A DNA stretch of 64,000 nucleotides, taken from positions 3,162,001-3,226,000 of the forward strand of contig CATNEN010000001.1 in assembly GCA_950097015.1 (NCBI GenBank), read 5' to 3'. The notes under the pieces are model-generated. The model saw nothing but the letters and a program-made list of their open reading frames with translations. It ran no database searches and was not told the origin of the DNA. Source of the stretch: Macrostomum hystrix. Taxonomy: Eukaryota > Animalia > Platyhelminthes. Of this stretch, positions 23,401-35,607 are shown one piece after another (position 1 is the first letter of the stretch; each line of letters opens with the position of its first letter). The position numbers and the translations under genes are program-made.

Positions 23401-26400
23401 CTGTCTACTATTCAACCTACTGTCTACTATTCAACCTACTGTCTACTATTCAACCTATTGTCTACTATTCAACCTACTGTCTACTATTCAACCCACTGTC
23501 TACTATTCAACCTACTGTCTACTATTCAACCTACTGTCTACTTCTCAAACAACTGTCTACTTCTCAACCTACTCTCCGATTTCAAATCTACTGCCTACTT
23601 TTCTACGTACAGTCTACTTGTCTATCTGCTTTATTTATTTTTCTGCTTACTAATCCTAACAAGCTGTAATAAGTGTTACTTATCTGATCTACAGTGTCCT
23701 ATATGATCATATCCGTACCAACATCGGCCGAAATTCCTTTACACAAATTATTTTCTCATTAAATTGCTCTCGCATCGATTCACAGTCATTTCTCTGTCCA
23801 ACCCACCCTGTGTCTGTCTCCATCCTGTTTCCTTTTGCAAGGCACGCCCCATTTGGATTATTATGGCCAAGATAATGGCTATAATACTCTGTACAGTGTA
23901 TATATATTCCAATTATAAGCTTCAGTGTTTTATTTCAGAAGCAGGGCGGACGGGTGGTAAGGTACTCGTAGGTCTTCTTCATGACCATGGCAACTAAATT
24001 CTATCGGAAGCTGAATTTGCAAATGACACTCTGCATAATGATGAGGAGAGGGTAGACCCTCTGCAACTGGAAGTGTCACTTCTGTGTTCTCTGCTGCTGT
24101 TTTTTTTACTGTCGCCTCGTCAAATTATGTTTATAATTATCTTCTCCTATTGCTGCTGCTTTTTTATTTAAAAAATCTCTGTTTGCATCCGTTGCTAAAT
24201 TCCATTCTCTGGACCACTCTTCCATCCTCTAGCCCTCTCTCACCATCTTCTACCCCTCTCTCACCATCCTCTACCCCTCTCTCACCATCTTCTACCCCTC
24301 TCTCACCATCCTCTACCCCTCTCTCACCATATTCTAGCCCTCTCTCCCCATCCTCTACCCCTCTCTCCCCATCTTCTAGCCCTCTCTCACCATCCTCTAC
24401 CCCTCTCTCCCCATCTTCTAGCCCTCTCTCCCCATCCTCTACCCCTCTCTCCCCTTCCTCTACCCCTCTCTCATCATCCTCTACCCTCTCTCACCATCCT
24501 CTACCCTCTCTCCCCATCCTCTACCCCTCTCTTCCCTTCCTCTACCTCTCCTTCCCCATCCTCTACATCTTTATATACATCCTCTACTCCTCTCTCCCCA
24601 TCTTCTGACCGCTCTCCCTCTCCATCCTCTACCCCACTGCCTGTCCTCTACCCTTCTCTCCCCTATCCTCAACTACTCTCCTACCCATCGTAAGCAAATA
24701 GGTAACTACAGCTTTGTCCTTAAAAAGTTATGCTAGTTCCTCAAAGCTAGGCTATCTGCATCTTCTGCGGTGTGGTCATAAATTTTTTTTTCTTCCCAAA
24801 AAGGGCTTACTTACCTATCCGGCGTATATACTCGTATAATGATTGGGAGACTAGCCTAGGGAGTGTAATTATCGTCGCTGTCACTTCCCGTCGTTAAATT
24901 GACCCCTCTGTATGCTTTTCGTTGGTGCTAGTCGATTTCATTTCAGCTTAGCCTTATAAAGTGCAAAATAAAGTTTTGAACGGAGAAAATGTTGGCGAGA
25001 TAAAGAAGGCTGGTTACAAAGAGGAATTGAGTTAGAGATAGGGAAAAAAGTTGGGGATATGGGAATAGAGTTAGGGGATAGGGGAAATGAGTTAGGGGAT
25101 AGGGGAATTGAGTTAGGGGAAAGGGGAATAGGGAAATAGAGTGGGGAATAGAATGGGGGATATGGGAGTAGAATGGGGGATAGGGGAATAGAATGGGGGA
25201 TAGGAGAATAGAGCGGGGGATAGGGGAATTAAGTGGGGAATACGGAATAGAGTGGTGGATAGGGGAATAGAGTGGGGGGATAGGGGAATAGAGTGGTGGA
25301 TAGGGGAATAGAGTGGGGGATAGGGGAATAGAGTGGTGGATAGGGGAATAGAGTGGGGGATAGCGGAATAGAGTTAGGGGATAGGGGAATAGAGTTAGGG
25401 ATAGGGTAATAGAGTTAGGGATAGGGGAATGGAGTTAGGGATAGGGGAATTGAGTTAGGGGATAGGGGAATTGAGTTAGGGGATAGGGGAATTGAGTTAG
25501 GGATAGGGTAATAGAGTTAGGGATAGGGGAATAGAATGGGGGATAGGGGAATTGAGTGGGGGATAGGGGAATAGAGTGGGGGATTGGGGAATAGAGTGGG
25601 GGATAGAGTAATATAGGTGGGGGATAGGGGAATAGAGTGGGGGATAGAGTAATATAGGTGGGGGATAGGGGAATAGAATGGGGGATAGAGCAATATAGTA
25701 GGGGATAGAAGAAAGTCACTCTCTCTTCAGATTTTCCCCCCTCGGACTGCCAGTCCGCCTTAAATCCCTTCCACTCTTTCTCCCTCCGTCTCCCTTCGCG
25801 TCCGAGTCTCTTCATTCCAATTAGAGGAAAGCTGAAAAAAACTTGTCTCCCCCCCTGTTAGGCCTGAGAATTTTCTTTTGCGACTTTTACAGATACACTC
25901 GTAAGTCATCTAGGGTCCTTCCTTTACTCAGAATAATTGCAACAACAAAGTGCAGCCTATTCTACTGTTTCTTTGCATATTATTAGATAGCGCGGATAAT
26001 TTTATTTTTCTTTTACGATTTTCTGGTTCCAACTGGAATATTCAACTGCGCCTGTTTTCTGATTTCTCAGAGTTCCGCTTTATTTTTTTCTTTTTCTGTC
26101 ATCTCATCTCACATTTCCCATCCCATTTCATCCAAGATCATCTCATTCCATCTCATGCCATCTCATCTCATCCTAACTCAACCCATCTCATCCGATCTCA
26201 TCTCATGCCATCCCATCCTATCTCATATCATCCCATCCTATCTCATCTCATCCCATCCCATCCTATCTCATCTCATCCCATCCCATCCTATCTCATATCA
26301 TCCTATCTCATCTCATCTCATCTCATCCCATCCTATCTCATCTCATCCAATCCTATCTCATCCCATCCTATCTCATCTCATCCAATCCTATCTCATCCCA

Positions 26401-27912
26401 TCCTATCTCATCTCATCCCATACTATCTCATCTCATCCGATCATCCCATCCGATCTCATATCATCCTATCTCATCTGATCCCATCCTATCTCATCCCGTC
26501 CAATCTCATCTCATCTCATCTCATCCCGTCCGATCTCATCTGATCTCGTCCCATCCCATCCGATTTCATTTCATCTCGTCTCATTTTATCCCATCTTATC
26601 TTATCTCATCCTATCTCATCCCATCTTATCTCATCACATCCGACCTCAACTCATGCCTACTCATCTTGTCTCATACTATCGCATCTAATCTCTTCCAATG
26701 TTCTATATTATCTTATCTGCACTAGTCTATCATGTTATTTTCTAAGACGCGCTATTTATAGATAAATTCCCGGCCAAATCTTGACAAACTGATTTATAGC
26801 TGTCCGCCTTAGCACAGAAAACTAACTAAAACCTATACTAGCTCTCATTTCTAGCTTCTATATTCCAATTCTAAGTTCAGTAATATAATAATATGAAAGT
26901 ATCTCATAGTTTGACGACTTCGGTCACTCCAGTTTTGGGGTTGATTAAACGCAGCCAAACACTCGACCAATCGATAATGATCGACTGCCTCCTAAGCCAC
27001 CCTGTACCTTAAGCACAGACACAGCTAAACTAAGTTTCTACTCCTTGGCATACAGAAGCGTTATATTTTTAGCTTTTAGTCGGCTTAGTTTTTTTCTGTT
27101 TCAATTTGTAAAGACCTTGGGATTTTTTACCTTAGAGGTCAGGGGTTCGATTCTGTAACCAAGGAGACCAAACTAAAGTGTATTTCGAGCAAGGCACTTC
27201 CGTTGTGGCGGCATTCCCAGTCCATTGAGTGAACATCTGTACACGGTAAAAATAATCATAATTTATTACGCCTGTCCCAATCTGAGCGTCGGACTCACGA
27301 ATTGAAGGTCAGGGGTTCGATTCCTGACTCTACTGGAACAATTTGCGTCCTTTAGCAAGACATCTAACTCTGCATTGCTTCAGTTCACCCAGCTGTTAAA
27401 TGGGTACCAGCATCAGCTGGGTTAATTGAAGGTGGGTGTGGCGTCCCCCCAGTCCGTGGACTGAACATCCGTACGCAGTCTTCAGATGCGCCGCCTAATA
27501 GCTGCCGATGTGCTGTCGGCTGCACATCTGGTCCGATTAGGGCAGGTGTAATAAAATATTATTCTTATTTATTACTTTTTAAATTCCCGCGAAAATTCAT
27601 TCGTCAACTGTCACTACCTCCCTACCCACCTCACTTTCGCAGTTTCTGTCGCTGATGCAGCCTGGTTCTCTGTTGCTGGGCAATGTGGATGTACACCTGG
27701 AGAGTCACACTTGGCCAGCACAGCTAGCCGACCCGTCGGCACAGAGCGTCCCATTTCTGCTAGAGCGATTATCCGAGGTTGAACTGTCACCTCACGCTAG
27801 GTCTGTGCTCAATCTGCTTCAGCAACAGCAGCAACAGCAGCAGCAACAGCAGCAACAGCAGCAGCAGCAGTTTATGTCGAATGCCAGACAAACGGCTAGC
27901 TATAACATTCAA

Positions 27913-27945
<33 letters not shown>

Positions 27946-28125
27946 TCGGCCGCTGCCATTGCTAATCTTCGCAGCTGGCTAGAGACCAGACTAGACGCAA
28001 TTGAGAATGGTCTCAACGACCGCCTTAATCGCATTGAAGCGCAACTGGCAGTGTTAGTCGACGGCGCCAGTCGACAAACAGGCGACTGCGTTGAGGATGT
28101 TGATAAAGGTGACATCAAATCGTGA
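17464..28125 (+). CDS. PAAT: C10orf88/PAAT (DUF4506-type) homologue, ~300 aa; exons 17464-17600, 20412-20694, 27643-28125
   Basis: MSYSCNAFTSWEI, CELRLHC, IRSITVVATARNTELY..GEYLQTVRG, CYEIKLK|FLSL, LLLGNVDVH, ELSPHARSVLNLL and a C-terminal coiled coil parallel my recollection of human C10orf88 (SSW, CFLYLRC, IASIGILSSARNMEVY.GEEYCGTSRG, CKIKLLSF, KLSPGAQQLMDMV). GT-AG introns of phase 2 and 0 join in frame (903 nt). Confidence 0.82.
18700..18985 (+). mobile_element. tRNA-derived SINE, family 1 (CORE-like central domain)
   Basis: A box TAGCCTAGTGG and B box GGTTCGATTCC, then GTGTCCTTAAGCAAGTCAC..GCTTCAGTTCACCCAGCTGTTAAATGGGTACC; dispersed homologues at 27.3, 41.6, 43.0 and 54.9 kb. Confidence 0.82.
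19830..20188 (-). mobile_element. Full-length tRNA-derived SINE, family 2, with 14-bp TSD, inserted into the tail of an opposite-strand family-2 copy (19745-20215)
   Basis: A box GGTGGCAGAGCGG, B box AGTTCGATTCC. TSD TGCGAGTGCC(T/C)ATA at 19816-19829 and 20189-20202. Homologues at 36.2, 42.6-42.9 and 52.3 kb. Confidence 0.85.
20698..21282. repeat. 22-bp minisatellite (AAAACTGGGAARATTSMRTCYC); start of PAAT intron 2
   Basis: Tandem repeat beginning immediately after the donor. Confidence 0.92.
21730..22100. repeat. Pyrimidine-rich low-complexity (CT-rich) tract
   Basis: TCTCCCCT(T)-like units. Confidence 0.8.
22848..23570. repeat. 19-bp minisatellite (ACTGTCTACTATTCAACCT, ~36 copies)
   Basis: Near-perfect tandem repeat. 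Confidence 0.96.
24218..24685. repeat. 21-bp pyrimidine-rich minisatellite (CCATCCTCTACCCCTCTCTCA)
   Basis: Tandem repeat. Confidence 0.88.
25020..25710. repeat. ~20-bp G-rich minisatellite (GGGGGATAGGGGAATAGAGT), G-quadruplex-prone
   Basis: Tandem repeat with runs of 4-6 G. Confidence 0.9.
26095..26720. repeat. Pentanucleotide microsatellite (TCTCA/TCCCA/TCCTA)n
   Basis: Direct reading. Confidence 0.9.
27275..27560 (+). mobile_element. SINE family 1 copy (preceded by a deleted copy at ~27135-27250)
   Basis: GGTCAGGGGTTCGATTCC ... GCTTCAGTTCACCCAGCTGTTAAATGGGTACC ... CAGTCCGTGGACTGAAC ... GATGTGCTGTCGGCTGCACATC ... AGGGCAGGTGTAATAA. Confidence 0.82.
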
Positions 28126-28419
28126 CAGCGACTAGATTTATTGATGTCGGCGATCATTTTTAGTGACTGGTTAAAGTTAAGGATTCACTAATCGTCCGGC
28201 AGTTTGATCTTGTCACTTCTGTTCCAAGCTTGGATTTATTTGTCTCGCTGAAACTAATATTTATGTTAATCTTTGTATTATCCGTGTTTGTGTCTGGGTC
28301 TTGTTCCATGCCTTTGTGACTCAAATATTTTATTATTATTTTTTGCTTGCACTCGCTTTGTCTAGATTTTTTGGCTTAGCGTTGTCACAGTTTTACTGCC
28401 CTTCTCAATCTCTGCACTC

Positions 28420-29120
28420 CTAACTAACTCTCTACTCTACTGATTTCTACTACTCTAATTCTCTCAGCTACCACTCTACTTCTCTCAGCTACCACTCTAC
28501 TTCTCTCAGCTACCACTCTACTTCTCTCTGCTACCACTCTACTTCTCTCTGCTACCACTCTACTTCTCTCTGCTACCACTCTAATTCTCTCAGCTACCAC
28601 TCTACTTCTCTCAGCTACCACTCTACTTCTCTCTGCTATCACTCTAATTCTCTCAGCTACCACTCTACTTCTCTCAGCTACCACTCTACTTCTCTCTGCT
28701 ACCACTCTACTTCTCTCTGCTACCACTCTACTTCTCTCAGCTACCACTCTACTTCTCTCTGCTACCACTCTACTTCTCTCTGCTACCACTCTACTTCTCT
28801 CTGCTACCACTCTACTTCTCTCTGCTACCACTCTACTTCTCTCAGCTACCACTCTACTTCTCTCAGCTACCACTCTACTTCTCTCTGCTACCACTCTACT
28901 TCTCTATACTCCCACTCTACTTCTCTCTACTTCCTCTTTACTTCTCTTTACCTTCATTCTACTTCTCTCTACCCCCACTCTACTTCTCTCTACCCCCACT
29001 CTACTTCTCTATACTTCCACTCTACTTCTCTATACTCCCACTCTACTTCTCTATACTCCCACTCCACTTCTCTCTACCCTCATTCTACTTCTCTGTCCTC
29101 CACTCTACTTCTCTTCCCTA
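28420..29120. repeat. 21-bp minisatellite (CTACCACTCTACTTCTCTCWG)
   Basis: Tandem repeat downstream of PAAT; source of the VVAERSR ORF. Confidence 0.94.
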
Positions 29121-29419
29121 CTGACATGAGTTTCTGAGCTTTTGTGCCATTGTGTTGCCGAGATCACCAGTTTTGTACTTGTAGAACCTGAAATCATTTT
29201 GCACTGTCTACACAGTTTATCGCACGTACATAAAAATAATAAACATTACTATTGTTTTTTTCGCTGTCAGTGTAAAAAAATTATCCTAGTTTTTTCTGCT
29301 TTGCTTGCTAATCTTGGTCGTGAAGTATACAATGTCTTCTTTAAATCATCTTCAAAATGTGTACGATTGATACCGTTAACTGTACTTTAGCGCAGTGTGA
29401 CAGATAAGATTTCATTTTT

Positions 29420-29950
29420 AATACTTTGGGGATGAGACTTCATGTCATGTACTTCAGGGGTGAGAATTTATCTCTTTTACTTCAGGGGTCAGTTTTCATG
29501 TCATCTACTTCAGAAATGAGATTTCATTTAATCTACTTCAGGGGTGAGATTTCATGGCATCGACTTCAGGGGTGAGATTTCATGGCATCAACTTCAGGGG
29601 TGAGATTTCATGGCATCAACTTCAGGAGTGAGATTTCATGTAATCAACTTCAGGAGTGAGATTTCATGTCATCAACTTTAGGGGTGAGATTTCATGTCAT
29701 CAACTTTAGGGGTGAGATTTCATGTCATCTACTTCAGGGGTGAGATTTCATGGCATCAACTTTAGGGGTGAGATTTCATGTCATCAACTTCAGGGGTGAG
29801 ATTTAATTTCATCTACTTCAGGGATGAGATTTCATGTCATTTACTTCCGGGGTGAGATTTCATGTCATTTACTTCCGGGGTGAGATTTCATGTCATGTAA
29901 TTCAGGGGTGAGATTTCATGTCATCTACTTCAGGGGTGAGATTTCATGTA
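29420..29950. repeat. 28-bp minisatellite (CTTCAGGGGTGAGATTTCATGTCATCTA)
   Basis: Tandem repeat, ~19 copies. Confidence 0.92.
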
Positions 29951-31374
29951 ACTTTTACTCGTATGTGTACTTTAGTCTCCAAAAATGAAACCACTTTTCA
30001 CACGTTCTTTTGTGTGTTTTGTAGCTTTTGTTAATCATCTTGAACAGGGTTTTGTGCTAACAATTATTCCTAGTTGTTTAACACAAGCTCAATCAGCATA
30101 AGCACATGCCGTAGCTATATAATGAATGCTCATAATGCTGACCTACCAAATACTCACTTTTTAATCTAGGACTTTCATGTTTCATCAATAAAACTTTGAC
30201 AAAGAGTTTGGCATAGTTTATTTAGTTTATTATGCTAACATTTATTTGTGTGTTTGTATGCTGAAGCAAATACAGCTAAATATAGTTCGTTTGTTTGTTT
30301 GTTGTATTAAAAAAGCAATTGAAATTCTATTTCACGTTTTTATCATGATTTCTTTTTTATTTAACTATGTTCAGACTTTCCTTTAGTTTAAAAGCGTTAC
30401 AAAGGCTCGTTACTATTTAACTTCATTAATTTCAGAAGTCGTTACTCTTGAAATTCGTTACTCTTGAAATTCGTTACTCTTTAAATTCGTTACTATTGAA
30501 ATTCGTTACTTTAAGACTTCGTAATCAAGCTAAACAGTTTAATACAGTAAAACTCGCCACTCAACAGATTCGTTCAAATTAAATTGCGTTACTCTTGAAA
30601 TTCGTTACTTTAATATTGCCTGCTTTTATATCGTTACCTAAAGAATCTATGCTAGCCTATTCCTACATATAGCCTACCTATTGCTATATACCTCGTGAAA
30701 GCTTCTAATTAATCTCGTAATATATTCTTGCCGTTACTAGTTCAAGTAACGATCATTTGCGTTTTCTAGGAAATCGTTCAATTCTACGCGTAAATGATAC
30801 ATTTCTGCTGGTCATTAGTTGATAATAAAATGTTACAGAGAGCTGGCTAGAGAAGATAATAAAATTAATATATAATAAACCTTATTAGTTTGCTTAACCT
30901 GCGTTTAACAAAACTCGTCTAGCTAATTTCTTAGAAAAACATAGACAAAAAGTATTGGTCTCATCCAGACAAACCAAACAAGAGAATTGTTGTGTTTGTC
31001 ACGAACCGCTGATTAAGAACAATACATACGTACTGACTGCTCATAAAATAACAGTTCGAAAAATAATATAATACCTCTTATAGCTAACAAGCACACAGTC
31101 TAGCTATCAAGAATCATATTTGTTTTAGATTTTGTTCATTCGTCGCAAACTTCATTTCCCAATGTTTGATCAGTGTTGAGTATGCTAAAAAACATTTATA
31201 GGATTTCTGTCGAAATTGAGTTTTTGGTGTCGCTATCAGGCGACAGGTGTGGGGTGAGGCTGCTGGTGAAGTGTCTATAGTTGCATGCAAACTGATAGAG
31301 ACAAGGTCAAACTCGGTATGCTGATTAATACTGCAAGTAAGGATGTTGATTTAGAGATAATACGAGATACGGCT

Positions 31375-31990
31375 GTGAGGGAGAGGCAGAGTGAGAGGGT
31401 GAGGGAGAGGGTGAGAGGGAGAGGGAGAGGGTGAGAGGGAGAGGGAGAGCGAGAGAGTGAGAGGCTGAGGGTGACGGAGAGGGTGAGAAGGAGAGGGTGA
31501 GAGGGAGAGCGAGAGAGTAAGAGGGTGAGGGTGACGGAGAGGGTGAGAGGGAGAGGGAGAGGGTGAGAGAGAGAGGGAGAGGGTGAGAGGGAGAGGTAGA
31601 GGGTGAGAGAGAGAGGGTGAGAGGGAGAGGATAAGAAGGAGAGGGTGAGAAGGAGAGGGTGAGAGGGAGAGCGAGAGAGTGAGAGGGTGAGGGTGACGGA
31701 GAGGGTGAGAGGGAGAGAGCGAGAGGGAGAGGGAGAGGGTGAGAGAGAGAGGGAGAGGGTGAGAGGGAGAGGGTGAGAGGGAGAGGGAGAGGGTGAGAGG
31801 GAGAGGGAGAGGGTGAGAGGGAGAGGGAGAGGGTGAGAGGGAGAGGGAGAGGGTGAGAGAGAGAGGGAGAGGGTGAGAGAGAGAGGGAGAGGGTGAGAGA
31901 GAGAGGGAGAGGGTGAGAGAGAGAGGGAGAAAGCGAGAGGGAGAGAGGCCGGAGGGGAGAGAGAGAAAGGGGAGAGGGGACAGGAGACAG
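31375..31990. repeat. GA-rich microsatellite (GAGAGG/GAGGGT)n
   Basis: Direct reading. Confidence 0.9.
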
Positions 31991-32621
31991 GAGTGAGGGA
32001 GTGAGTAGGTGCAAGAATTGGGTAGGGAAGTGGAAATGTAATGGTAGCAAGGTATAGTGAAGGTGAGAAAACAAAGAGTAAAATACCTTAGTAGATCAAC
32101 TCCCTATACTTGTATATAGAATAAATTCAAATTCAGATAGGAGACTGAAAAACGAGTGACAGAGACAGCAAGTCAATAAAACTGTGCCCATTTGATATTT
32201 TATCTAAATACATCAAGACTAGTTTTTAAGCTTCAATAAAAATTGGTTTGCATCAATCAATCCTGACATCTATATAGAATATGTATGTCATCGATATGTC
32301 AAGATAGATTGAGACAGTCAAACAGAAAATTCATGTTAGATAAGATCAGTTCCCAAGATCAGTTTTTCTGTGTTAGTCGATCTAAAAATCCCCGTCAGAT
32401 TGACAAAAGCTCCCGCGCGAAGCCGACATTTCTCCTTTATCCCTAAATGTAATTCCTATTTTCACCATTGTAGGAAACTAGGAAAGCAGATTTGCAATGC
32501 AAATCTGAGCCAAAAGTGCTTCTCGTCCCCAATGAGAGTGAGGAAACTGCTCAACACGCGACTTTGAGTGCTGGAGCGAAATTTTGGCAAATAGCACTGT
32601 CATTACTGCTTTTATTTTTTC

Positions 32622-32976
32622 TCGGTCTCTCACTGTCTCTCTCTGCCGCTGTGTCTGCATGTCTCTCTCTCTGTCTCTCTGTCACTCTGCAGTCTCTCTG
32701 TCTCTCTATGTCTCAGCATGTCACCCTCACTGTCTCTCTGTCTCTCTATGTCTCAGCATGTCACCCTCACTGTCTCTCTGTCTCTCTATGTCTCTGCATG
32801 TCTCTCTCTATGTCTCTGCATGTCACTCTCTCTGTCTCTCTGTCTCTCTATGTCTCAGCATGTCACCCTCACTGTCTCTCTGTCTCTCTATGTCTCTGCA
32901 TGTCTCTCTCTATGTCTCTGCATGTCACTCTCTCTGTCTCTCTGTCTCTTTCTCTGTTTGTCTGTCTGTCTGTCTC

Positions 32977-33023
<47 letters not shown>

Positions 33024-33297
33024 GCCTGTCTCTCTGCAGTCTCTCTGTCTCTCTGTCTCTCTGTATCTCTACAGTCTCTCTGTCTCTCTGTCTGTCTCTC
33101 TGTCTCTCTACAGTCTCTCTGTCTCTCTGTCTGTCTCTCTGTCTCTCTGCAGTCTCTCTGTCTCTCTGTCTGTCTCTCTGTCTCTCTGTAGTCTCTCTGT
33201 CTCTCTGCAGTCTCTCTGTCTGCCTGTCTCTCTGTCTGCCTGTCTCTCTGTCTGTCTGTCTGTCTGTCTCTCTGTCTCTCTGCAGTCTCTCTGTCTA

Positions 33298-33328
<31 letters not shown>

Positions 33329-33360
33329 GTATCTCTGCAGTCTCTCGGTCTCTTTGTCTC
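32622..33360. repeat. (TC)n/(TCTG)n compound microsatellite
   Basis: Direct reading; source of the SLCLSV ORFs. Confidence 0.9.
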
Positions 33361-34429
33361 ACTTGAATATCTCTCCCTAGCCCAATCAGTTCATGACAAT
33401 AATATTTCTCCCCTTTGCAAATGCGTTTCCCAAGCAGTTGATTCTCCCAGCCAGTCTAACATTACAGCACGCAACTCCCTCCAGTCCAAAGAGTTCATCA
33501 AAGAACGAAAGGATTAACGAATGCAATATTGTCTGCAGCTGTTGGCAGACCGTTGCTAAAGTCACAAATCTCCCAACTGTGCAATTCTGATTGGAGAGAA
33601 TCAAATGAAGCACAATTGTAGCACAGGGAAGCCAGACAGTGCTGACACTAACAGGCAGAAAGCTGCTTAGATTATTAAGATTTGCAGCTCAACCGAAAAT
33701 CCCTTGTGAACAAAATAGTTTTTTTCACATTTAGTTTTCCAGTTTCTGTTGAGGTGTAGTTTTAAATTATTTTTTAAATTACTCCTACATATATTCTTTC
33801 CGTTAGTTCTTTGAATAGTTTGGCCACAGTCATCGTCACAGTCGAGATAATACATGATAATACATGAGATTAGCCTCAAATAGGTATATTATTACTAACA
33901 AGTCTACTTTCAGTAGTGACAAAAACATTTTCGCTTCACTGTTCTTAAATTTTCTAAAATTTCAAATAAATCAGTTGATTAAGGATTTATGCGATGTTAG
34001 AAAGAAGACGGAAAAAAGAGAAATTTTGACGACGAAAGAGACGGCGAGAATGAGGAATAGGTGTGAGAGAGGGGAGGAAAGATATGCTTCGTAACGCAGA
34101 GTAAGATAGATATGGGAGGAAATAAAGGGAAAGGAAGAAATGAAGGTGAGAAGAGAAAATATAGGGGAGACAAGATCATGTCGAAAATTGTAGATACAAA
34201 TGTTGATGACAACCAAGCCATTTTGACGCCCGTTTTTATACCAAAAGCCCCCCTGAAATTTTTTGGCAGCATCTGAATGCTAACAGCGCTGGGTGGTGAC
34301 TGATTGGTTGACAGACTAGACGATGGTGTCCTGTGGTTGAGCTGCGCCTAATGTTTAGGCTTGATCATAGATATTAAAGAAATTCGCTCCATTGTGGCCT
34401 ATTTTCACCTGTTATAGCCCTTGAAGGTC

Positions 34430-35320
34430 CAGCAAATCGGAGGTTCACCGATTAGTCGGTCCCGAGGGCACCCTGCTAGCCGCATCGGCGACTTGGGCCT
34501 CCGAGGAAGACGACGAAGACAATGAGGCGCTGATGGCTTTGGAGGTGGCGCCGGAACCCGAGCCGCCGATCCAAGAGCTGCAAGTGGCTGAGCTACAGCT
34601 GGCCCCGTCTCGTCATCTGCCGATTCAGCAGCAGCCGCTCAGCAGCTTCGAAGAGGACACAGTGATCCTGGCCGATCCCGAGGTGTGCCCGGTGCCGCTG
34701 AGCAAGCTCATCATCGAGGTGGAGCCAGAGCCGACGCCGCCGCGGTCGCCAGTGAAAAAGTACGCCGACTCGGCTTATTTCGACGCGTCGGACGCCAGCT
34801 ACCCGACTGTAGAAGAGCAGAAGGAGATGGCCAGACGAGTGGCTGAGACTAACAGATGTGCGCAACCGAGGCAGTCGCGGCGCAAGCATGTTCGAGAAGC
34901 GACGCGAGCGCGCTGCGAAGTACATCCTGGAGGGTCCCGAGCCAGGAGATAATGACTTCCCGGGTGCCGACGCAATGGATGAAATGATTGACACGTCGAT
35001 CGGCGGTAGACGAGGGCGGAACTGTTCGAGTTCCGCTTCCGACTAAGACTAAGCCACCGCCGCCTCCGTCCCATCTGAAAGGCGGCTTTCCTCTCTTTGG
35101 CCTCGGAAGCGGCATCGGTGTTGGGAAGCGGCCAGAGCCGCCGCCGCCGAAGACCGTGGCCGAGTTTGTTGACCGTGAAATGCGTTCAGCGCCCATGCTG
35201 ACGCATCATGGCTACGATCCGAAAAAAGCGTTCGACATTGCCTACGCCCTACACTCCAGCTCCGGAGAGGCCGGGCAGATGTTTCAAAAGCGGCGTCAGC
35301 GCTTTGAACGTTTCAAAACG
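34430..35320 (+). pseudogene. Calsarcin/myozenin (synaptopodin-motif)-like exon with two frameshifts, truncated at the duplication breakpoint
   Basis: Three overlapping ORFs join into TVEEQKEMARRVAET/LTDVRNRGSRGASMFEKRRERAAKYI ... SSGEAGQMFQKRRQRFERF, i.e. two G..MF.KRR.R..(K/R)(Y/F) calsarcin-type motifs. Frameshifts near 34850 and 34999. GC-rich coding character stops abruptly at 35320. Confidence 0.6.
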
Positions 35321-35607
35321 TTTCCCGTTTTGCATGTCCAATTTTCGTATATTTTAATGAGAACTCGTGCTTCAAGACTACGATTGACGCCAAGTTTGGC
35401 TTAGAAAGCGACTTATTTTAGATTGTCAAGTCGATATTAATCCACGCTGCTAAAGAGCTTCTCAAAGAATCATTCTTATATATAGCTGCTTTTAGAAAGC
35501 GACTTAAATATTTGTATATTTTGGTGAAAAGTTATCACCAGCATGACTGCATGGCCTTAGCCAGTCAAATATGTAGACATATATAGTCACAGTGAATGAT
35601 CCTTCAC

